Shown here piece by piece: positions 16,510 through 23,328 of a stretch of DNA of 23,328 nt. Position numbers and translations under genes: made by a program. Below the pieces are notes generated by a model. The model searched no databases and was not told the DNA's origin. It saw only the letters and a program-made list of their open reading frames with translations. Where the stretch lies: assembly GCA_043804515.1 (NCBI GenBank), contig JAZDIZ010000055.1, positions 1 to 23,328 on the forward strand, read 5' to 3'. The stretch is from Pseudomonadota bacterium (lineage in GTDB: Bacteria; Bdellovibrionota_G; JALEGL01; DATDPG01). Positions within the stretch are counted from its first letter, which is position 1; each line of letters starts with the position of its first letter.

Positions 16510-19407
16510 CTATTCCTTGAAGAGAACCAGGCCGTTAGTCGTTCCGATCCACACCAGGTCGGGATTGGCGGAATCGACGGCGAAAGTATTCACGAGATTC
16601 GAGGGGAGGCCGTCGTCTGTCGTGTAGGAGCGGATCTCCGGCGTCCGGCCGGGTTGGATATGGAATGCGGCCGAAATTGGCCGGGTTCCGAATGGACCGG
16701 ATGGATTGGACAGGCTTGTCCAGACACCGCCCGTGCCGTCGCGTTCCAACGAGAGCACGGAAAGCCTGAAAACAACCGACATCTCTTCCGCAGGAGACCG
16801 TACGTTAAAAACCTTGAGACGTTGCTCTGAATCGTCCCACCCATAGATATATGCGTTGTTCGCGCCCGAGTTGAGATCCATTCGCGTCAGTCCCCGATCC
16901 CGGGACACAAACCAGAGAGCCGTTGTGTCAACGTCCCGGTCCGAGGTCATGGATGTCCAATTGTCGGCAGGGATATCGACGCCGGCGGGTACCAGCACAA
17001 AGTCGGGCGCGGCACGACGGAGCGCCGTGTCCAAAGGTAATGCCGCCCACAAATCGCCGTTCACTATGGCCGTTGTCACGGCCGCCTGTGCGCCCGCTTG
17101 ATTCCAGGGCAGTTGATAATACGATGTGGATAAAGGTTCTTCGGACGGTTCGAAGGAGTCTAGTGGAAGCGGAACCAATACAAAGCCCGTCACGAACGAG
17201 TCTGTGCTCGCGGCGAGTGCACTCACCCAAAAAACGTTTGTGCCTTGATATGTCCCGAGATGGAGGTCGACGTAAGGAAAGAACAAAAAGCCGGGGTCCG
17301 CAGATCGGGAGAGATTTATTTGAACAACGGAGGGAGGCTCCGGTTTGCCGTCGGTTCCGACGCCCACGGCGAACAACCCACGCCGTTGAAAACCCATCCA
17401 CACACGCCCCCACGGATGGTCGACGGACGGCGGCTCCACCTCCAACGCGGCTACGCTCGGATACGCAGGAAGTTGCTGCCCCGTCTTCCGGAGAGCTTCC
17501 TTAAAGGCCTGAATCGTTTGATTCTCAACCGACCACGTGCCGTCCTCGTATTTCATGACGTGACTCAGCCCCGAGCCGGATGCCACCCAAGCGCCCCCCC
17601 GGAAATCCGAGTGGACGAGCCCAGCGCTGTTATCGGGAAGAACCTTTACATTGGAAAACGTGACCGGTTGCGCCGCCGAGTCTGAATTTGTCGGGAGCGG
17701 GACGCGAATGAGCCTCGAATCCTGTGTCCCCACCCAGATCACTTGCCCGTCGTCGTGAAGGACGCTGATGCTGGTGTCCGGGAACGTACTTCTTGCGTTT
17801 ACCCGGCCGGCGGGATCCAGCTCCTCGAGGATCGATCGTCTTGTATCGATAGGGATGTGGTGATCGATATAGATGACACCCAGACGGAGGCCGCCGGAGG
17901 CGTTGGAAAGAATGCTCGTAACGGCTCCCGATGGGATCGGACAGGAGACCCTATCGCCGTCGACCGTTGTCCATTCCGATGGCGGGAGGAGATGGCATAG
18001 ACCGGATTCATGGCCGAACCAGAGACCCCCGTCACCGTCCGGAAGAATCGAGAAAACAAGAAGTGTCGCGTTCGAGTTCGGCACTCGGGGAACTTCCGCG
18101 AGATTTTGGATGTCCAGATCACCCGTATCCGTGACACCGCGGAACCGGACGAAAAGCCCGCCGCTTTCCACGGCCGTCCAGAATCCGCCATCAGGATCAG
18201 CCTTCACATCCACAAGGTTGGACATCCTATGAAGGTTCGCGGAATAGAATGTCGTGAACGTGGGATTCGAGGCGTTGGCGGGCTGCTCAGCCCGGACAAG
18301 ACCCCCGACCGTGGCAAGCCAGAATACTTGGGTCGTGCCCGATTTGGTGTCAAGAGTGATGGCTCGGACCGATTGAATGTTTGTTATAGAGGGCAAACCC
18401 GCGACTTCGCACGGGGGAGGGGGATCGACGTCGTCTGACACCGGCCGTTTTTTGGGCAGCATGACGTGGCTGCCTTGCCCACCATAAGCTCGGACGTCTT
18501 GGTCCCCCGGCTCAGGCGTAGGGGTTGGCGTGGGGGTCGGCGTCGGCGTCACCGCCGGACAAACCACCGGTTCGGGCAACGGGAATTGGTACGTTTGGAT
18601 CTTGTATTCTCCGGTTTTGGTGGGGCGCGCGATGGCCAGACCTTGCTCCGTCCCGATCCAGAGGTTTCCTTTTCCGTCCGACTCTACGGCCCTGACCCAG
18701 TTCGTCGGAAGGCCGTTCGCTTCGGTGAGCCTGGCATAGACCACCAGCCGGGCGTCTTTCGTCGCGTCCTTTCCCGGCGCGCTGGTGAGGCTTCCCTTAT
18801 CGTAGAGATAGAGACCCGAGCCCGAGACGACGGCCAGGCAATTTCTTGCGAAGGCGTGTTCAATCCAACACCCCTCGGCGAGAGTTTTGATACTTGTCGC
18901 CACGCCGGGAAACACGGACGCGAAGACCATAAGGTGGACGGTGACATACTTCTCCGCGTCCAGATCCGTCCAAAGGGCGATTTCGTCCCCTTTTAGAGAG
19001 TTAGGGAGCTGAACGGTCGGAAACGAGCCGCCGTTATTCATGTCGGGCGTCACGGGAATGCCTGATTTTCGGTCCGGGTCGGTGCGCAGGTTGGTGATGT
19101 AAACCGTCGTGACGCGCGGATCGGTGACCGCGCCGGAAAACCCGAAAACCAATGTCATCCCCGAACTCGGATCCGGCATCTGTGCCATGATCTTCGAGGG
19201 ATCCAAAGGCACCGGCATGATCTGGCCTACGTCGGAATCCTCGGGCCTATTCAAACCCGTGTTCACGAGGCCACTCGTGCCCTTGCCGGCAGTGCCATTG
19301 GCGTCCGTACTCACGGAACTTTTCGTGCAAGAGGCGACGAGGACGAGGGAGATAAGAAGCGCCAGAAAGGAGAGGCCGAAAGCGGGGGTTTTGCGTCTGG
19401 TGGTCAT
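16510..19407 (-). CDS. Lipoprotein with ligand-binding-sensor-type beta-propeller repeats (~965 aa), paralog 1
   Basis: MTTRRK...LVASC lipobox. Propeller repeats GLPTNWVRAVESDGKGNLWIGTEQGL, DGDGGLWFG, GLPSNLVN...VWIGTTNGL. PT linker. No TM or kinase output domain. Start moved from TTG 19443 (inside the promoter) to ATG 19407. Confidence 0.9.
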   Translation of the reverse strand: MTTRRKTPAFGLSFLALLISLVLVASCTKSSVSTDANGTAGKGTSGLVNTGLNRPEDSDVGQIMPVPLDPSKIMAQMPDPSSGMTLVFGFSGAVTDPRVTTVYITNLRTDPDRKSGIPVTPDMNNGGSFPTVQLPNSLKGDEIALWTDLDAEKYVTVHLMVFASVFPGVATSIKTLAEGCWIEHAFARNCLAVVSGSGLYLYDKGSLTSAPGKDATKDARLVVYARLTEANGLPTNWVRAVESDGKGNLWIGTEQGLAIARPTKTGEYKIQTYQFPLPEPVVCPAVTPTPTPTPTPTPEPGDQDVRAYGGQGSHVMLPKKRPVSDDVDPPPPCEVAGLPSITNIQSVRAITLDTKSGTTQVFWLATVGGLVRAEQPANASNPTFTTFYSANLHRMSNLVDVKADPDGGFWTAVESGGLFVRFRGVTDTGDLDIQNLAEVPRVPNSNATLLVFSILPDGDGGLWFGHESGLCHLLPPSEWTTVDGDRVSCPIPSGAVTSILSNASGGLRLGVIYIDHHIPIDTRRSILEELDPAGRVNARSTFPDTSISVLHDDGQVIWVGTQDSRLIRVPLPTNSDSAAQPVTFSNVKVLPDNSAGLVHSDFRGGAWVASGSGLSHVMKYEDGTWSVENQTIQAFKEALRKTGQQLPAYPSVAALEVEPPSVDHPWGRVWMGFQRRGLFAVGVGTDGKPEPPSVVQINLSRSADPGFLFFPYVDLHLGTYQGTNVFWVSALAASTDSFVTGFVLVPLPLDSFEPSEEPLSTSYYQLPWNQAGAQAAVTTAIVNGDLWAALPLDTALRRAAPDFVLVPAGVDIPADNWTSMTSDRDVDTTALWFVSRDRGLTRMDLNSGANNAYIYGWDDSEQRLKVFNVRSPAEEMSVVFRLSVLSLERDGTGGVWTSLSNPSGPFGTRPISAAFHIQPGRTPEIRSYTTDDGLPSNLVNTFAVDSANPDLVWIGTTNGLVLFKE

Positions 19408-19631
19408 ACTAGTTACGGGGTACTTATACAAACCACGTGCCAAGTATTTAAGAGCGTCGAATCTGTACTTAATATAACAAATTCAATATATTAAGTCAAC
19501 ACAAAAATGACGCGTCCCAAACCGGAACCACGGATCGCAACCTACAAATGTTGCGGCATGCTAACTAAAGTTCCCCATGTTTTTTGAGTGCCTGACGTGC
19601 GATTTCGGTCTGGTCCGAGGATCAAGGATTA
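19219..19631. repeat. Duplicated promoter + N-terminal coding block, copy 1 (copy 2 at 22302-22714)
   Basis: Ungapped at offset 3083; about 23 mismatches in 413 nt (94%) by hand count. Confidence 0.97.
19427..19443 (-). promoter_or_regulatory. Sigma54-type promoter TTGGCACGTGGTTTGTA
   Basis: Perfect -24 TGGCACG, N4, then TTGT instead of TTGC. AT-rich IHF-like tract upstream with dyad ACTTAATATA-N10-TATATTAAGT (19467-19496). Confidence 0.7.
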
Positions 19632-19640
19632 CCCCTTAAC

Positions 19641-19686
19641 GCGTTTCCCGATTTTCGGTTCTATTCCTTGAAGAGACCCAGGCCGT
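19641..19686 (-). pseudogene. Orphan remnant of the 3' end of the propeller gene (DGLGLFKE*) plus downstream flank
   Basis: ttctattccttgaagagacccaggccgt (19659-19686) matches 16508-16535 at 27/28 nt; the flank 19641-19658 loosely resembles 16488-16507. Confidence 0.8.
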
Positions 19687-19693
19687 CTTCAGG

Positions 19694-19712
19694 GTTTTTC
19701 AACAGCCCGTTA
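19694..19712 (-). repeat. IS-end-like sequence TAACGGGCTGTTGAAAAAC; inverted partner at 22713-22731
   Basis: 16/19 identical to TAACAGGCTGCGGAAAAAC on the opposite strand; its TAA is the stop codon of paralog 2. Confidence 0.55.
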
Positions 19713-22490
19713 AGGCCTCGGCAACGCCACGATTCCGCGGTCGGTCGTGAGCCAGATTCTCTCGGCGCGTCCGGGAGCCGCCTGCCCCGGGACCGCTTCG
19801 GGGACTTCCAACGCGGCGGCGAGGATCTCATTCGACGGGAGACCGTCTGCGGTCGTCACCCAACGCGCTAACCGGGGCGCCCCTTCTTCATCCGCGATGA
19901 CGCGGGCCAGGCCGGCGTTCGTGGCGAGATAGACATCCCCTTCGGGCGCGACGGTGGAGTCATTGATCCGGCCAACGCCGTCTCCCAGATCCAGCTTCAG
20001 AATCCCCCCCCCGCCCCCTGTGGCGTCCTTTCGGATGTGGATCACCGTGGAGGGGTTAGCGAGGACCCAGGCTCCGCCGAATCCGTCCGATTTGATTCCT
20101 TTCAATCCCATATCTTCTCTCTTCACACCCAGGTCGTCCGCTGAGAAAAACGCGAGGATGTCGAGGTTTTTCTTATCGTCCGGTGAACTTGCGCCGATCT
20201 TAAACACTTCTTTCCCGCGCGTGGCCACCCAGAGAATGTCTCCGGTGCGGACACCGGCCGCGTCGGGCGAATACAAATCCAGCAGAGAGCCATGCCAGCC
20301 CCAGTAGGGAACCAACGGCAACGAATGAGGGACGATGACGTACGATTGAAGGTCCGTCGGATTCCGAGGATCGGGACGCACATGAACGAGCGCGGGGGTC
20401 GAAAACAAGCCGGTTACGTACCACACATCGCCGCGGGAATTGGACGCTAAAGAGTTTCCCGGATCGAAACCTTGGGGAAGCGAAAGCGAACAGCTCTTCG
20501 TGGGGTTGTATTCAGAGAACGCCGGCTTGCATTGGTCGTCGTCAACCCGCTCCAGATACGGGTCACGTCTCCCGGGAGAGAGCAGTGCCGTTGAGAGCCA
20601 CATGCCGTGGTTGGGCGCCACTGCACTGCCGACAATCAGCCGATGTTTTATTTGTGCATTTTCCCCTTCAAACCCCCCGCCCGAGGATGTCAGGCGCAGA
20701 GAGCTGATGAAATCGGGGAAAAGTTCGGAATGCATCCAGAGCCGTCTGCCGTTCCAAAGGAGGTTTGTTGAAGTGTCATCCAGGAGTCCCCCTCTCTCCG
20801 GTTCTGCGGAACTGAAGCCGAGTGCGTAACCTAACGATGTGAATCCATTACGGGTGTCATGCGGAGCGAGCCCCAGCATACCCGAGGCGACCCACATCCG
20901 GCCCGAACGTTCGGGCAAGAACGAAACGGGGGAAAGGGTCTTGCTGAAAAAGGTATCCGAGAGGGGAAGCGTGATTTCAGGAACCGAGGGGTTGGCAAAA
21001 AATTCCACCTTTAGAATCGTTCCCGCTCCGTTTGTGGCCCAAACGGTCCCATCCGTTCCTACCGCAATCGACCCGAGGCTGCCTGCCGCATATGCCGGGG
21101 AGTCCGAAGAACTCGAAGTCGGACGCAAGTATGGGAAGCAAGTGGATTGTCGTGTCTTGTCGATGTGCGTGAGACACGCATCGGTCAGGACCCACAAGCC
21201 CCCCTCGCCGTCCCGCACGATTTGCTTAACGGAGGTTCCCGGGAAGCCCGAAGTCACGAAGGGGGTGGTCGGAGTGCAGTTCTTCTGTTCCTGGGCGTCT
21301 CGTCGGCAAAAAGCCGGTCCGTCCGCCCAATCCGGGGTATCTTCGGATGAAGCCGTGGAAATCGTTTCCTGTGCCTTCATGCCCACGAAGCGCGTAATCC
21401 CGGCTCGCTTGTGTACGGATTCGGGTCCTTGGCCCGTGCCCGCCCATACGCCGCCTTCGGCGGCCGGAGAGAGGGAGAGGATTAAATCGTCGAAGAGGCC
21501 ATTCTCTTCCGACGGAAAGCCGGTCGTCCAATCCAAGTCGGCATGAAGCGTCTGAAAACGGATCGTGGCACCGGACGCGTCGGCCGCAAACCCCAGGCCT
21601 GAGTTCGTCCCGACATAGAGACTGCGCGGTTCCCTGGGGTCCGAGGCGAGAGCCGTGACGTAGTCAAACGGGAGGCCGTTGGCTTTCGTGAAATGAGAGA
21701 ACTCCGGAGGGCCGGGCGGCGCCCAGCGCAAACGGATCAGCCCCTGGTCCGTGCCGATCCAGAGATCCCCGTTCTCTAATGCCAAGAGCGCCTTAGGAGA
21801 GAATTGCGGCACCCCGTCCAGGCTCGTCAGATGATGCGAGGTGGGAGTGACGTTGCCCTCGAGGAACTCGTCCGCGTCCACATAGTAGATTCTGATATCG
21901 TAGATTCCGATATCTGGTGTTCCGTCCTTGAATCGGGAGGTGGCGCATGCCAACCATTTCCCGACCCGGGCCATCCCCGTGATTCTGGTGGGGAAAACGG
22001 TCTGGAGCACGAGGACGGGGATGCGGTAGACCTGTTCCGACGTGTCCACCCACAGGGCCACTTCATCCCCCGGCAGCGAATTCGGCAGTTGAACCTGCGG
22101 GAACGATCCGTCGAGTGCCGGCGTGACCTGTTGAAACGACTTCCGATCCGGGTCGGTGCGGAGGTTGGTGATGTAAACCGTCGTGACGCGCCGGTTGGTG
22201 ACCGCGCCCGGAAAGCCCACGACGAAAGCCATGCCCGTGCTGAGATCCGGAATTTGGGCCAGAACCCGCGTCTTGTCGATCGGGTCGATCGGGACCGGTA
22301 AGATCTGGCCTACGTCGGAATCCTCGGGCCTATTCAAACCCGTGTTCACGAGGCCACTCGTGCCCTTGCCGGCGGCGCTGTTGGCGTCCGTACTCACGGA
22401 ACTTTTCGTGCAAGAGGCGACGAGGACGAGGGAGATGAAAAGCGCCAGAAAGGAGAGGCCGAAAGCGGGGGTTTTGCGTCTGATGGTCAT
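19710..22490 (-). CDS. Lipoprotein with beta-propeller repeats (~926 aa), paralog 2
   Basis: Same signal peptide and LVASC lipobox. Repeats NGDLWIGTDQGL, GLPFDYVTAL, DGEGGLWV, GLPSNEI...IWLTTDRGI. Start moved to ATG 22490. Confidence 0.9.
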   Translation of the reverse strand: MTIRRKTPAFGLSFLALFISLVLVASCTKSSVSTDANSAAGKGTSGLVNTGLNRPEDSDVGQILPVPIDPIDKTRVLAQIPDLSTGMAFVVGFPGAVTNRRVTTVYITNLRTDPDRKSFQQVTPALDGSFPQVQLPNSLPGDEVALWVDTSEQVYRIPVLVLQTVFPTRITGMARVGKWLACATSRFKDGTPDIGIYDIRIYYVDADEFLEGNVTPTSHHLTSLDGVPQFSPKALLALENGDLWIGTDQGLIRLRWAPPGPPEFSHFTKANGLPFDYVTALASDPREPRSLYVGTNSGLGFAADASGATIRFQTLHADLDWTTGFPSEENGLFDDLILSLSPAAEGGVWAGTGQGPESVHKRAGITRFVGMKAQETISTASSEDTPDWADGPAFCRRDAQEQKNCTPTTPFVTSGFPGTSVKQIVRDGEGGLWVLTDACLTHIDKTRQSTCFPYLRPTSSSSDSPAYAAGSLGSIAVGTDGTVWATNGAGTILKVEFFANPSVPEITLPLSDTFFSKTLSPVSFLPERSGRMWVASGMLGLAPHDTRNGFTSLGYALGFSSAEPERGGLLDDTSTNLLWNGRRLWMHSELFPDFISSLRLTSSGGGFEGENAQIKHRLIVGSAVAPNHGMWLSTALLSPGRRDPYLERVDDDQCKPAFSEYNPTKSCSLSLPQGFDPGNSLASNSRGDVWYVTGLFSTPALVHVRPDPRNPTDLQSYVIVPHSLPLVPYWGWHGSLLDLYSPDAAGVRTGDILWVATRGKEVFKIGASSPDDKKNLDILAFFSADDLGVKREDMGLKGIKSDGFGGAWVLANPSTVIHIRKDATGGGGGILKLDLGDGVGRINDSTVAPEGDVYLATNAGLARVIADEEGAPRLARWVTTADGLPSNEILAAALEVPEAVPGQAAPGRAERIWLTTDRGIVALPRP

Positions 22491-22714
22491 ACTAGTTACG
22501 GGGTACTTATACAAACCACGTGCCAAGTATTTAAGAGCGTCGAATCTGTAATTAATATAACAAATTCAATATATTAAGTCAACACAAAAATGACGCGTCC
22601 CGAACCGGAACCACGGGTCGCAACCTACAAATGTTACACAGCGTAAACTCTAGTTCCCTATATTTTTTGAGTGCTTGACGTGCGATTTCGGTCTGGTCCG
22701 AGGATCAAGGATTA
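22302..22714. repeat. Duplicated promoter + N-terminal coding block, copy 2
   Basis: 94% identical to 19219-19631. Confidence 0.97.
22510..22526 (-). promoter_or_regulatory. Sigma54-type promoter TTGGCACGTGGTTTGTA (second copy)
   Basis: Identical to 19427-19443. Confidence 0.7.
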
Positions 22715-22731
22715 ACAGGCTGCGGAAAAAC
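22713..22731 (+). repeat. IS-end-like sequence TAACAGGCTGCGGAAAAAC at the duplication boundary
   Basis: Begins where identity to 19219-19631 ends; inverted relative to 19694-19712. Confidence 0.55.
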
Positions 22732-22816
22732 TGCCATCGAAGTCCGCCGGCGGAGCGTCCCACGCAGAAGAAGGGTTGTTTAAGGCGGGAGGACGGGGCT
22801 TGCAACTCGGCCAGCG

Positions 22817-23328
22817 TCACGGGCTACTCGAAAGCAATTCGGCCTCGGATTGAAACATCTTTCCTGCAAGGTACTGATTGTGCATCCGACACAGGTGCCT
22901 AATGTTCTCTTCATTAGATGAGCCACCCGAGCAGTACGGATCCATATGGTCGAACTCAAGAAGGTAGCGGCTTTCGCATCGGCGCCCGCTCTTTGGATCG
23001 ACATATTCGCACTGTCCTTTGGATCGATCCCGGATCATTCGTTTGGCGTCAGCTGCAATATACCGAGTAGGAGGCGTGGCCTCGGTCAAAGAGCTGGGTT
23101 GAGTCTTCAACCTTACCGGTAAGGTTAAGGTCTTCTTCTTGTCCTTCCGGCTCGGATCCTTTTGGCTCAGATAGAAGTCGAGACAAGCCGAAAAGAGTTC
23201 GGAAACACTGCAACGGCCTTTCAGGTTCCAGAACCTCTCCATGGCTTGCCGGGTCTCTTCGGTGATCGGGAACCTCACTTCGCTGATCTCCGCCGTGATG
23301 GGCCGGACGGTCTCGGACGTAAGGGGTC
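22817..23328 (-). CDS. HNH endonuclease domain protein, 5' end outside the window
   Basis: RYIAADAKRMIRDRSKGQCEY...RCESRYLLEFDH...GGSSNEENIRHLCRMHN. The frame stays open from 23278 to the window end (PLTSETVRPITAEISEV). Confidence 0.88.
   Translation of the reverse strand, partial: PLTSETVRPITAEISEVRFPITEETRQAMERFWNLKGRCSVSELFSACLDFYLSQKDPSRKDKKKTLTLPVRLKTQPSSLTEATPPTRYIAADAKRMIRDRSKGQCEYVDPKSGRRCESRYLLEFDHMDPYCSGGSSNEENIRHLCRMHNQYLAGKMFQSEAELLSSSP

Noticed and set aside
19408..19443. TTG starts at 19443 and 22526 (MARGLYKYPVTS)
   Set aside because: The TTG is part of the TTGGCACG -24 element; the downstream ATG gives a normal-length lipoprotein signal.
16510..22490. Calling the propeller proteins hybrid two-component sensors
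   Set aside because: No C-terminal TM helix, histidine kinase or receiver domain; they are stand-alone lipoproteins.

Overview
GC-rich bacterial DNA, probably from a deltaproteobacterial-type lineage (Myxococcota/Bdellovibrionota-like; inferred from MYXO-CTERM-like tails, Cys-rich repeats, a kinase-fused enhancer-binding protein and the HNH type). Left arm (minus strand): a 1679-aa Ser/Thr kinase-NTPase-TPR-GAF-sigma54 activator sits directly upstream of a sigma54 promoter. That promoter precedes an array of large surface lipoproteins built from shared DNA blocks. The second gene of the array (4233 to <1, absent from the ORF track because it has no stop in the window) looks like a polyprotein: its C-terminal sorting signal reads in frame, without a stop, into a second lipoprotein signal peptide and a second passenger protein. 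Centre: a possible structured RNA, an HhH-like hypothetical gene, a REP/MITE-like inverted repeat, bcp, and a coupled dksA-galU-lolA-like operon. Right arm (minus strand): two tandem beta-propeller lipoprotein genes with 94% identical sigma54 promoter/N-terminal blocks but strongly divergent bodies, an orphan copy of a gene 3' end, IS-end-like inverted repeats, and a partial HNH endonuclease. All calls come from manual reading; no database searches or folding programs were run.
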